Source: Escherichia phage RDN8.1. From it: a stretch of 39,508 nucleotides of DNA. The position numbers and the translations under genes are program-made. Below the pieces are notes generated by a model. That model was given only the letters and a program-made list of their open reading frames with translations. It did not search any database and was not told the origin of the DNA. Within the stretch, counting starts at the first letter, position 1; the number at the start of each line of letters is the position of its first letter. This document shows, piece after piece, positions 1 to 8,585 of the stretch. Location: the sequence record MN414250.1; one strand, written 5' to 3'.

Positions 1-639
1 CTGTACCAACTCAACGGCTACATCTTCGCTATGGAAGTTGGCGGTATGCGTGGTGGTTATGAAGACTCTACGCTGGAAGCCTTGGCTAAGATTGGTCGTA
101 AGTGGAAGGTCAACGAGTACGTCATTGAGGGTAACTTCGGTGATGGTATGTACCTTGAGCTATTCAAGCCTGTAGCGGCCCGTATCCATCCTGCGGCTGT
201 AACTGAAGTGAAGAGTAAGGGTCAGAAAGAACTCCGCATCTGTGACGTTCTGGAGCCTATCATGGGGTCTCACAGACTTATCGTTAACGCTGCTGCCATA
301 GTACAAGACTACCAGTCGGCCTCTGATAAGGATGGTGTTCGTAACCCTATCTACTCTCTCTTCTACCAGATGACACGTATCTCTCGTGAACGTGGAGCCT
401 TGGCACACGATGACAGACTTGATGCGCTGGCTATCGGTGTACAGTTCTTCGTTGAGTCTATGGCTAAGGATGCCAACAAAGGCGAACGTGAAGTCACCGA
501 GGAGTGGCTGGAGGAACAGATGGAGAACCCACGGAAAGGCTTCGAGTCCATCCACACTGAGTTCTGGGACAATGGGGTCCGGGTGACTCACGATACGGAC
601 GACGAGCTTGGACTAGGGTCGTACGTTGCGTTCCACTAG
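1..639 (+). CDS. Large terminase subunit (T7 gp19-like), C-terminal part; 5' end lies at 38024..39508 because the window is circularly permuted
   Basis: Reading frame continuous from window start; translation ([15 protein letters not shown]...LFYQMTRISRERGALAHDDRLDALA) matches recalled T7 gp19 C-terminus; 1..357 identical to 39152..39508. Confidence 0.93.
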   Translation: MYQLNGYIFAMEVGGMRGGYEDSTLEALAKIGRKWKVNEYVIEGNFGDGMYLELFKPVAARIHPAAVTEVKSKGQKELRICDVLEPIMGSHRLIVNAAAIVQDYQSASDKDGVRNPIYSLFYQMTRISRERGALAHDDRLDALAIGVQFFVESMAKDANKGEREVTEEWLEEQMENPRKGFESIHTEFWDNGVRVTHDTDDELGLGSYVAFH

Positions 640-733
640 CTGAATGAATAACTATGGGTGAAAGCTGCATTAATACGCAGTTAGTAACCTATAGTTACTA
701 CCAGTATAACCTACTGTTTTACAAGGAGTTTGG

Positions 734-756
734 ACTTAACTATCACTATAGGGAAG
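734..756 (+). promoter_or_regulatory. Phage RNAP promoter (variant TTAACTATCACTATAGGGAAGA), predicted +1 at 751; phi-OR-like position after terminase
   Basis: Matches the 11-copy promoter motif; T7-type CACTATA-G core. Confidence 0.6.
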
Positions 757-936
757 ACCCCCGGTTACTTATAGTATTACTGTAGTGAATATACATATGC
801 AGACTTTATGCAAGACCTTAGGAGGCAGACTCCGAGTTCTTACCTAAGGCTTGCACCGATGGAAGGAGGGTGATATTAATCATAATCCCTCCAATACAGA
901 TAGTCACCGACCATAGATACAGGAGGTATGTAGCAT

Positions 937-1095
937 ATGGCAAAGACCAAAGCTGTACTTAAAGCTCTGGCGACCAATCGAGCTACATACAGGTTTCTTG
1001 CTGCTGTTCTACTTACTGCTGGCGTTACTGCTGGAAGTCAGTGGGTCGGGTGGGTCGAGACTCTCGTATGTACTCTGGTGTCTGAGTGTCATTAA
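937..1095 (+). CDS. Small hydrophobic protein, 52 aa (T7 gene 19.5 position)
   Basis: ATG 8 nt after AGGAGG; MAKTKAVLKALATNRATYRFLAAVLLTAGVTAGSQWVGWVETLVCTLVSECH; not in ORF track (<60 aa). Confidence 0.3.
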   Translation: MAKTKAVLKALATNRATYRFLAAVLLTAGVTAGSQWVGWVETLVCTLVSECH

Positions 1096-1332
1096 CGCTG
1101 TAATGGTAACAATCAACGAAAGACGGACCTAAGGTCAGTTCATAGCTGACGCTACTCTACTGACCTTAGCTACTGTAGTCAAGGACTTTAGGTAACACCT
1201 TAAGAGAAGCTCACTTAGGGTCATCCTACTTACTGGTCTATCCTAGTGTCGCCTGACCTACGGTCCTTGACCTACAGCAGCTTGGTCCTACAGTAGGGAC
1301 GATGAGTTTTGGACCAAAAGTTTGAGACCACA

Positions 1333-1523
1333 TCTCACAGTTCAAGAACCTCAAGTCTCCCCATAGGCCCTCTTTAAGTCCAGACCAAAGGCCCTACCCC
1401 TAGACCTTCGGTCTAAACTTCAAGTCATTGACCAAAGGTTGACCAGAAGTCTGGACCATCGGTGTCCTATATCTAGTGGTCATGACCCAAGGTTGGGACT
1501 ATATGTTGTGTCCTTGAGTCTCT
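1333..1523. repeat. Putative genome terminus / terminal-repeat region, collapsed to one copy in this assembly; boundaries approximate
   Basis: TCTCACAG at 1333 matches the first bases of the T7 left end; CCCCATAGG and GTGTCC..TCTCTATCTGT blocks resemble recalled T7 terminal-repeat sequence. Confidence 0.4.
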
Positions 1524-1547
1524 ATCTGTATCAGCCTCAAGTCATCA

Positions 1548-1642
1548 CCTACAGTCATCACCTACAGTCTGACAACCTACAGTCTCACAGCCTACAGTCA
1601 TCCACTGGTAATGGGACAACCTACAGTCATAGACCTACGGTC
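1548..1642. repeat. Array of short direct repeats (CCTACAGTC x5 plus GACCTACGGTC), analogous to T7 end-adjacent CCTAAAG repeats
   Basis: CCTACAGTC at 1548, 1561, 1576, 1591, 1620; related GACCTAAGGTC / CCTAAAGTC copies at about 1128, 1678, 1801. Confidence 0.7.
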
Positions 1643-1885
1643 TGGTAGACACTCAGTGGACCTTTAGTTTATCAGAGACCTAAGGTCTGGGTCTCAAGGG
1701 TTATCGTTATAGTCTCTATTTAGCAGTCAGGGAGACTATCAGTCTGACTAGGGTTATTGTTGGTGTCTGCCAACTGGACTCTTATTATCCATAGTCCTGA
1801 CCTAAAGTCAACCATCTGTAGTCGTTATCTGGTCATCCTTATATAGTCACTGGACTACTGTATAAATTACCATGATAAATAGTTG

Positions 1886-1914
1886 TTGACATAGGGTCTA
1901 ACTTTTGGTTTAAT
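1886..1914 (+). promoter_or_regulatory. Host sigma70-type early promoter (T7 A1-like): -35 TTGACA 1886..1891, 17-bp spacer, -10 TTTAAT 1909..1914
   Basis: Consensus -35, 17-bp spacer, near-consensus -10, AT-rich upstream; spacer GTCTAAC as in T7 A1. Confidence 0.6.
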
Positions 1915-2035
1915 AGCTTCCGTCAACACGACACGGCAAACACCGGATAGTGAAGACGCCGGGTCACACGGTTAAGTAGACAGCCTGATAAGTCATACGA
2001 ACAACAGGCAGTGACAAGAAGTAAGAAATAAACGC

Positions 2036-2065
2036 TTGACAAGCAGTAACGACTCAACGTAGTAT
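2036..2065 (+). promoter_or_regulatory. Host sigma70-type early promoter (T7 A3-like): -35 TTGACA 2036..2041, -10 TAGTAT 2060..2065
   Basis: TTGACA + 18 bp + TAGTAT; downstream GTACCACATCGAAACGG resembles recalled T7 A3 region. Confidence 0.5.
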
Positions 2066-2264
2066 GTACCACATCGAAACGGTGAGGCCCAACACTGAAA
2101 CGGGATAGCGAGGCGACGACAGCTAAGCGAATGTTCTTTAACAATCTGGATAAACTCTTAATGTGCGCCGATAGCGACTAACTACAGGGTCTTTGAGTCT
2201 ACATCTGAAGGCCCTGACTGATAGTCACTAACATACACACAAACAACTTCGAGAGGATATAACT

Positions 2265-2768
2265 ATGGAACGTAACGCTAACGCATACTATGACCTGCTG
2301 GCTGCAACTGTTGGGCTGTTCAATGAGCGTATTCAGTACGACGAAATAGCTGAAGGTGATGACTACAGTGACGCGCTGCATGAAGTCGTAGACGGTCAGG
2401 TTCCGCACTATTACCACGAGATTTTCACGGTGATGGCTGCTGATGGTATAAGCCATGAGTTTAATGACTCTGGGCTGATGCCTGAGACCAAGGACGTGAC
2501 GCGTATACTGCAAGCTCGCATCTATGAGGCGCTTTATAACGATGTGTCTAATAGCTCCGATGTGGTCTGGTTCGAGGCTGAAGAGAGCGACGAGGAGGAG
2601 GACGAATACTGGGTGGTTGACGCTAAGACAGGTGTATTCATTGAGCAAGCTGTATCACTTGACGTCGCTACTGCATGTGCCAAAGACCATTATGCGATAG
2701 GTCGCCACCTGAAGGTCGAAGACATCAACGATAACGTAGTGTTCGACCCTGAGGAGGACTGCGAGTGA
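2265..2768 (+). CDS. ocr: Ocr-like anti-restriction protein (T7 gp0.3 homologue) with about 45-aa C-terminal extension
   Basis: GAGAGGA RBS; VPHYYHEIFTVMAADGI..FNDSGLMPETKDVTRILQARIYE matches recalled T7 Ocr; 167 aa vs 117 aa. Confidence 0.85.
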   Translation: MERNANAYYDLLAATVGLFNERIQYDEIAEGDDYSDALHEVVDGQVPHYYHEIFTVMAADGISHEFNDSGLMPETKDVTRILQARIYEALYNDVSNSSDVVWFEAEESDEEEDEYWVVDAKTGVFIEQAVSLDVATACAKDHYAIGRHLKVEDINDNVVFDPEEDCE

Positions 2769-2962
2769 TAGTAACTTATGGTCTCTGCCAACACCACGTC
2801 ACCAACGCCCGGCTTATGGTCAAGACCGGGCAGTTAAACCATGATGCGACTATGCGTCACCTGAAAGCGGTCTACGAGGGCCGCAAGCGCATACACGACA
2901 GCTTACACTCTGAGGACAAGCAAACATGTACCAGATAACTTATAGCAGTGAACAGGCGTTCT

Positions 2963-3160
2963 ATGATGGGTGCACTATTGATAGTCATAGGTTATGGACT
3001 TATCGCCTACGTGCTGGTGAGAGACATCAACAAAGCGCGTAAAGTCTACAAATTCAACTATGTACGTCTGGGCCGCTGGACTGTACGTCAACCTAACGGA
3101 CGATTTATGCGCAACTTAGCGAACGTCTGGGATATAGCAACACTTGGGAGCAAACTGTAA
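2963..3160 (+). CDS. Small early membrane protein (one predicted TM helix); start uncertain (GTG 2948 or ATG 2963/2966)
   Basis: ORF track 2948..3160; hydrophobic GALLIVIGYGLIAYVLV then basic tail; early-region position. Confidence 0.35.
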   Translation: MMGALLIVIGYGLIAYVLVRDINKARKVYKFNYVRLGRWTVRQPNGRFMRNLANVWDIATLGSKL

Positions 3161-3420
3161 TGAAAACCGAATACACTAACAAACCATCTAGCCGTAGCCG
3201 TGTGGAGCAAGCGCACCGTGACATGTTCTTACAGCGCCGCATGAGGGCTGAGGGCCATAAGTCCGAACTAATGTGTCTGGCGTATGGTGGACGACCAATC
3301 ACTGACGATGGCAAACTTCTGGTCTCAGGCTGGAAGGCGATAGACCAACGGTCAACCATCAAGCACACGACTCATGGTGACTTCAGTCATCTTCAAGCTA
3401 ACCCACTGATATGCAAGTGA
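3160..3420 (+). CDS. Hypothetical early protein, 86 aa
   Basis: ATG overlaps upstream stop (TAATGA); fills the gap before gene 1; no recognised motif. Confidence 0.4.
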   Translation: MKTEYTNKPSSRSRVEQAHRDMFLQRRMRAEGHKSELMCLAYGGRPITDDGKLLVSGWKAIDQRSTIKHTTHGDFSHLQANPLICK

Positions 3421-3425
3421 TTCTG

Positions 3426-3448
3426 ACTTAACTATCACTATAGGACTC
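3426..3448 (+). promoter_or_regulatory. Phage RNAP promoter-like sequence upstream of the RNAP gene, predicted +1 at 3443
   Basis: TTAACTATCACTATAGGACTCAAGG; same variant as at 734 and 26754. Confidence 0.5.
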
Positions 3449-3517
3449 AAGGTCTAAGACTCCAAGTGAAAGACCGAAGAGACTTTAAGTGAAAGACTAA
3501 TAACAAGGACTTTAAGT

Positions 3518-6199
3518 ATGAGCGTCATCTCTATTAACAAACACGACTTCTCTGATGTGTCGAACGCCATTGAGCCGTTTAACCTGCTGGCCGACCACTA
3601 CGGGCAAGACCTTGCAGTCAAACAGCTTCAGCTTGAGCATGAGGCATACACTGAAGGCGAGCGACGTTTCATCAAGAACCTTGAGCGACAGACTGAGCGC
3701 GGGGAACTGGCAGACAATCAGGTAGCCAGGCCTCTTATGCAGACTCTGGTCCCTAAGATTGCGCAAGCCGTCAAGGAGTGGCACGAAGGTACAGACGGGA
3801 AGCTATCAACCTCTCGTCCGAGCGTAGCGTTCACCATGTTGAGCACTGAAGAGAAGGCCGTCAAGGACCGCTCTCTGCGCATCTCCTGTGAGTCTGCTGC
3901 GGTTATCATACTGAAGGTCGTCCTCTCCAAGCTGGTCAAGCCTGAAGGGATACCGATTACACCGATGGCCTCCGCGATAGGTCGCACACTTGAGGATGAA
4001 ATCCGCTTCGGTCGCATCCGTGACAAGGAGCAGGAGCACTTCAAGAAGGCGATAGCTGAGAACCTGAACAAGCGAGCCGGGGCATCCTACAAGAAAGCCT
4101 ACATGCAAGCGGTTGAGACCTCCATGCTGGAGCAAGGCCAACTGGAAGATGCGTGGGGAACTTGGAGTCCGACCGAGGCTGTCCACGTTGGAATCAAGAT
4201 GCTTGAGATTGTCATCCAGTCAACACAACTGGTAGAGCTTAAGCGTTATGGTGCTGGCAATGCTGCGGCTGACGTTGAGATGGTCCACCTGTCAGACTTC
4301 TGGGTCAAGAAGATGGCTCAGCGTGGCTTCTCTCTTGCGGGAATCGCTCCAGTCTACCAGCCATGCGTCGTTCCACCTAAGCCGTGGACTGGTGTCGTAG
4401 GCGGTGGGTATTGGGCCAAAGGTCGCAGACCATTGCCTCTGATTCGCTTGGGGTCTAAGTCTGCGGTAGCACGTTACGAAGACGTGTACATGCCTGAAGT
4501 CTATGACGCTGTGAACATCATCCAGAATACACCTTGGAAAGTTAACAAGAAGGTTCTGGACGTGGTGAACATGGTCGAGAAGCTGAACAACACGCCTATT
4601 GATGACATCCCTCAGATGGAACCGCTGAAGCCTGAGGACTATGCGGGTGAGACTGAAGAAGAACTCAAGGCATGGAAGAAAGCTGCTGCTGGTATCTATC
4701 GTCGCGAGAAGGCCCGACAGTCACGCAGATTGTCACTGAGCTTTATCGTTAACCAAGCGAACAAGTTTTCTCAGTTTAAGGCCATCTGGTTCCCGTATAA
4801 CATGGACTGGCGCGGGCGCGTCTACGCTGTACCGATGTTCAACCCTCAGGGTAACGACATGCAGAAGGGCCTCCTTACTCTGGCGGTAGGCAAGCCTATT
4901 GGTGCTGACGGTTTCAAATGGCTGAAGGTACACGGCGCAAACTGTGCCGGTGTCGATAAAGTCACCTTCGAGGAGCGCATCAAGTGGGTGGAAGACAACC
5001 ACGACAACATCATGGCTGCTGCTAAAGCACCGATGGACAGTATTGAGTGGTGGGGAAGGTTAGACTCTCCGTTCTGCTTCCTTGCGTTCTGCTTCGAGTA
5101 TGCTGGCGTAATGCACCACGGACTGTCCTACAACTGCTCGCTACCGATAGCGTTCGATGGGTCCTGCTCTGGTATTCAGCACTTCAGCGCGATGCTTCGT
5201 GACCACATCGGTGGACATGCAGTAAACCTGACGCCTTCCGGTAAGGTACAAGACATATACCGCATTGTATCTGACCGCATTGAGGAGGAGCTTAAAGTCC
5301 TGCTGGTTAACGGTACGGACAACGAGATGATAACCCACGAGGACAAGAAAACTGGCGAGATTACCGAGCGTCTCAAGCTGGGGACACGAGAGCTGTCCCG
5401 TCAGTGGCTGACCTACGGTATGTCACGCAAGGTCACTAAGCGTTCGGTCATGACTCTAGCCTACGGGTCGAAAGAGTACGGCTTCGCAGACCAAGTTTAC
5501 GAGGACATCGTGATGCCAGCGATTGACTCAGGGTCTGGAGCTATGTTCACTGAGCCAAGCCAAGCGTCTCGCTTCATGGCTAAGATGATTTGGGAAGCTG
5601 TGAGTGTGACCGTAGTTGCTGCGGTTGACGCGATGAAGTGGCTTCAAGGTGCTGCCAAGCTGCTGGCTGCTGAAGTGAAGGACAAGAAGACTGGCGAAAT
5701 CCTGAAGCCTTGCCTTCCGGTACACTGGGTCACACCTGATGGTTTCCCGGTCTGGCAGGAATATCGCAAGAAGGATACAACTCGTCTGAACCTGATGTTC
5801 TTAGGGTCATTCAACCTTCAGCCTACAGTCAACAAAGGCACGAAGAAAGAGCTGGACAAGCACAAGCAGGAGTCAGGCATTAGCCCGAACTTCGTCCACT
5901 CACAAGATGGTAGCCACCTACGCAAGACTGTAGTCCACACTCACCGCAAGTACGGCGTGATGTCGTTCGCAGTGATTCACGATAGTTTCGGGACCATACC
6001 TGCTGACGCTGAGTATCTGTTCCGTGGCGTCCGTGAGACGATGGTCGAGACCTACCGCGATAACGATGTGCTGCTTGACTTCTACGAGCAGTTCGAATAC
6101 CAGCTTCACGAGAGCCAGCGCGACAAGTTGCCTGAGCTTCCGAAGAAAGGTAAACTGAATATCGAAGACATCTTGTCTTCAGACTTTGCATTCGCTTAA
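3518..6199 (+). CDS. Single-subunit DNA-directed RNA polymerase (T7 gp1 homologue)
   Basis: 893 aa; long blocks match recalled T7 RNAP (NKFSQFKAIWFPYNMDWRGRVYAV, PFCFLAFCFEYAG, FAVIHDSFGT, C-terminal SDFAFA). Confidence 0.98.
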   Translation: MSVISINKHDFSDVSNAIEPFNLLADHYGQDLAVKQLQLEHEAYTEGERRFIKNLERQTERGELADNQVARPLMQTLVPKIAQAVKEWHEGTDGKLSTSRPSVAFTMLSTEEKAVKDRSLRISCESAAVIILKVVLSKLVKPEGIPITPMASAIGRTLEDEIRFGRIRDKEQEHFKKAIAENLNKRAGASYKKAYMQAVETSMLEQGQLEDAWGTWSPTEAVHVGIKMLEIVIQSTQLVELKRYGAGNAAADVEMVHLSDFWVKKMAQRGFSLAGIAPVYQPCVVPPKPWTGVVGGGYWAKGRRPLPLIRLGSKSAVARYEDVYMPEVYDAVNIIQNTPWKVNKKVLDVVNMVEKLNNTPIDDIPQMEPLKPEDYAGETEEELKAWKKAAAGIYRREKARQSRRLSLSFIVNQANKFSQFKAIWFPYNMDWRGRVYAVPMFNPQGNDMQKGLLTLAVGKPIGADGFKWLKVHGANCAGVDKVTFEERIKWVEDNHDNIMAAAKAPMDSIEWWGRLDSPFCFLAFCFEYAGVMHHGLSYNCSLPIAFDGSCSGIQHFSAMLRDHIGGHAVNLTPSGKVQDIYRIVSDRIEEELKVLLVNGTDNEMITHEDKKTGEITERLKLGTRELSRQWLTYGMSRKVTKRSVMTLAYGSKEYGFADQVYEDIVMPAIDSGSGAMFTEPSQASRFMAKMIWEAVSVTVVAAVDAMKWLQGAAKLLAAEVKDKKTGEILKPCLPVHWVTPDGFPVWQEYRKKDTTRLNLMFLGSFNLQPTVNKGTKKELDKHKQESGISPNFVHSQDGSHLRKTVVHTHRKYGVMSFAVIHDSFGTIPADAEYLFRGVRETMVETYRDNDVLLDFYEQFEYQLHESQRDKLPELPKKGKLNIEDILSSDFAFA

Positions 6200-6211
6200 C
6201 AGGAGAGAGTT

Positions 6212-6412
6212 ATGAAATTTGTACACAAGCAGACTGGCGTTGAGGGCGGGACTCAAATCGTGACCGTAACAGAACACAACGGCAAGGGTATGGTTAAGAC
6301 CACGGTCATCCCTACCGAGATGTCAAAGCAGCTTAATGTCCCATTCAAGTGGCTTGTTAAGCAGGTGGAGCAGGTACACGAGCAAGCTCTCAAAGAGGCG
6401 GCAGCCAAATGA
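6212..6412 (+). CDS. Hypothetical protein, 66 aa, between gene 1 and the phi1.1 promoter
   Basis: ATG preceded by AGGAGAG; no T7 counterpart recalled at this position. Confidence 0.45.
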   Translation: MKFVHKQTGVEGGTQIVTVTEHNGKGMVKTTVIPTEMSKQLNVPFKWLVKQVEQVHEQALKEAAAK

Positions 6413-6486
6413 CAGACCTACAGTTACTGATCTTGTGGCTGGGAGCACTCGCAGTATTCATTTTAATACAACGCAGAAGAGGTTAA

Positions 6487-6509
6487 CCTAAACTATCACT
6501 ATAGGATTA
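6487..6509 (+). promoter_or_regulatory. Phage RNAP promoter (phi1.1-like), predicted +1 at 6504
   Basis: CCTAAACTATCACTATAGGATTAG. Confidence 0.65.
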
Positions 6510-6553
6510 GACTCAAGGTCATGACTAAAAGTCGAGGCCTTCATGATTAACCA
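6506..6553 (+). promoter_or_regulatory. RNase III-like processing hairpin (T7 R1.1 position)
   Basis: Motif TAGACTCAAGGTCAT..GGCCTT(C/T)ATGATTA shared with 14025..14070 and 37062..37100; GGUCAU / GAGGCC arms can pair. Confidence 0.4.
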
Positions 6554-6579
6554 TAATAAACTACTGGAGATTTAACCAT

Positions 6580-6759
6580 ATGTATCAGAACACTATCAAC
6601 TTCGAGCGCATCCGTGAACGTCAGCAGACTGAAGGTTACATTCCGAAGGGCCGCAAGCTGAACAAGACCAAGCGTGGCGGTGGTGTCAAGGGTGCTTTCC
6701 GTAACGCTGAAGGTAAAGACTCTATGGTCAACCAAGAGAAATACTTCGTAGGAGCATAA
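6580..6759 (+). CDS. Gene 1.1-like small basic protein, 59 aa
   Basis: KGRKLNKTKR motif as recalled for T7 gp1.1; not in ORF track (<60 aa). Confidence 0.5.
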   Translation: MYQNTINFERIRERQQTEGYIPKGRKLNKTKRGGGVKGAFRNAEGKDSMVNQEKYFVGA

Positions 6760-6761
6760 GA

Positions 6762-7049
6762 ATGGGCATGTTCTCAAGAGCACATAGTGGAAACCTGAAC
6801 GCTCTGCGTCAGTCCATCAACAACTGGCAGTCCGAGACGGATTACAACGCAGTGGTCAGCACTTGGTTCGACCCGGTGACGAACAGACACTGCGTCCGAG
6901 CGGTCATAGTTCACGTCCACACACGGGAGGTCCTCATTGAGAAGGACTTCACTGAGTACCCGAATATCCGCGACGAAGATGTGCAGACCGTAGCGGTCGC
7001 CACTTGGTTTAACAAACAGTTCAACGACTATACTGGTCGATTCCTTTAA
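6762..7049 (+). CDS. Gene 1.2-like protein (T7 gp1.2 is the host dGTPase inhibitor)
   Basis: AGGAG RBS; N-terminus MG..SGNL resembles T7 gp1.2; synteny between 1.1 and ligase. Confidence 0.55.
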   Translation: MGMFSRAHSGNLNALRQSINNWQSETDYNAVVSTWFDPVTNRHCVRAVIVHVHTREVLIEKDFTEYPNIRDEDVQTVAVATWFNKQFNDYTGRFL

Positions 7050-7066
7050 TTCTGGAGACATTATCA

Positions 7067-8113
7067 ATGACTACTACCATCAAGACCAACCCGCACCGCG
7101 CTGTAGATTACTCTGAGTCTGGCGTTAAGAAGGCACTAGAAGCAGCCGGGTCTCTGGAAGCTGAAGTGAAGTATGACGGTGTGCGGTTGAATATTCCGGT
7201 CTTCCCTGATGGGCGAACTGAATGGTTAAGCCGTGAGTCAAAGACGCTTCCGGCCTTAGACCATTTGTCAACAGTTGGTCAGGACATCGGAGCTTGCCGT
7301 GCGTCCGACTGGCGATGGTTCCTGAAGCAAGCAGGACATGAAGTATCTGGCCTGATGATTGATGGCGAGGTGATGGTCAAGGGTGTAGACTTCAACACGT
7401 CCTCAGGTCTTATCCGCACCATGTGGTCTGACCGCAAGAACTACAAGTGGAACATGAACCCTAAGGCCGATATGGAGACCAAGAAGTCTAACAAGGTTCC
7501 ATTCCAGATTAGCCCTGAGTTCCTACAAGTGGTCGTCTACGGGGTCATCGACCTTAACGTCATCAACGACCCGAAAGCCGAAGGCCCTATCCATAGCGTA
7601 ACTCGCCTGAAGGCCGAAGCTATTGTCCCTCTCCTCCAGAAATACTTCCCGGAAATCGACTGGGTTCTATCGGAGAGTCATACAGTGTTTAGTCTTGAGT
7701 CCCTTCGTGATTTGTACGAGGAGAAACGGGCAGATGGACACGAGGGTCTGGTAGTTAAAGACCCACTTGGGCGCTGGAAGCGTGGTAAGAAGTCGGGCAT
7801 GTGGAAAATGAAGCCAAGCGAAGAGGCAGACGGTCACGTTGTTAGACCCGTATGGGGAACAGAAGGTCTCGCAAACGAAGGTCTAGTAATTGGTTTCGAC
7901 GTTATGCTTGAGAACGGGATGGAGGTCTCCGCAACTAACATTAGTCGCGCCCTTATGTCCGAGTTCACCGAGAACGTCAAGTCCGACCCTGACTACTATA
8001 AAGGCTGGGCTTGCCAGATTACCTACATGGAGGAGACACCTGATGGCTCATTGCGGCACCCGTCATTCGACCAATGGCGAGGGACTGAGGACAATCCTAC
8101 AGTCAAGATTTAA
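7067..8113 (+). CDS. ATP-dependent DNA ligase (T7 gp1.3 homologue)
   Basis: 348 aa; IKTNP, EVKYDGVR (adenylation lysine motif), GWACQITYMEETPDGSLRHPSF match recalled T7 ligase. Confidence 0.95.
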   Translation: MTTTIKTNPHRAVDYSESGVKKALEAAGSLEAEVKYDGVRLNIPVFPDGRTEWLSRESKTLPALDHLSTVGQDIGACRASDWRWFLKQAGHEVSGLMIDGEVMVKGVDFNTSSGLIRTMWSDRKNYKWNMNPKADMETKKSNKVPFQISPEFLQVVVYGVIDLNVINDPKAEGPIHSVTRLKAEAIVPLLQKYFPEIDWVLSESHTVFSLESLRDLYEEKRADGHEGLVVKDPLGRWKRGKKSGMWKMKPSEEADGHVVRPVWGTEGLANEGLVIGFDVMLENGMEVSATNISRALMSEFTENVKSDPDYYKGWACQITYMEETPDGSLRHPSFDQWRGTEDNPTVKI

Positions 8114-8525
8114 AGTAGACGAGAGGTCAGCCTCAGGGCTGTCCCTTCACTCTGGACGTAAGGTAGGCAGTAAGAAAGCATCCGGTTATTGGACAGTGAA
8201 CGTCAGGACGCCGTGGGGACGCAAGCACCTACAGGTCCATCGGGTAATCTGGGAGTTGACATATGGCCCAATACCAGATGGCATGGAGATTGACCACATT
8301 GACCGAGACCCTTCCAACAACAGGCTTTCCAATCTGCGACTGGTGACTCACTCCGAGAACAACCAGAACAAAGGACAGATGTCCACCAACACTACCGGAG
8401 AGCGCCACATCTCCAAGGTTAAAGGTCGAAAGCTCTATTGCATCAAGAAGGTGATTAACGGAGAGCGTGTGGTCCGGTACACCAAGACCATAGCCGAGGC
8501 GGTAGCCTTAAGAGATTCATTATAA
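8043..8525 (+). CDS. HNH endonuclease; start uncertain (first in-frame ATG 8043 lies inside ligase; GTG 8196 also possible)
   Basis: [44 protein letters not shown]; paralogous to 37591..38031. Confidence 0.65.
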   Translation: MAHCGTRHSTNGEGLRTILQSRFKVDERSASGLSLHSGRKVGSKKASGYWTVNVRTPWGRKHLQVHRVIWELTYGPIPDGMEIDHIDRDPSNNRLSNLRLVTHSENNQNKGQMSTNTTGERHISKVKGRKLYCIKKVINGERVVRYTKTIAEAVALRDSL

Positions 8526-8585
8526 CGTCAACCCAGTGGTCTTCGGACTGCTGGGTTTCTTTGCGTCTGGACCCAGCGCGATGGG

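Noticed and set aside
1545-1645. CCTACAGTC repeat array as a possible CRISPR array
   Set aside because: Repeat unit is only about 9 bp with 4-6 bp spacers and no cas genes; it matches the end-adjacent short repeats typical of T7-like genomes.
1439-2144. ORFs 1439..1648 (+) and 1923..2144 (-) in the terminal and early-promoter region
   Set aside because: They lie across repeat arrays and promoter sequence, have no RBS and low-complexity translations.
7890-8042. ORF-track start at 7890 for the HNH ORF
   Set aside because: That start lies deep inside the ligase gene in another frame; the HNH domain begins after 8150, so only the 3' part is plausibly coding.
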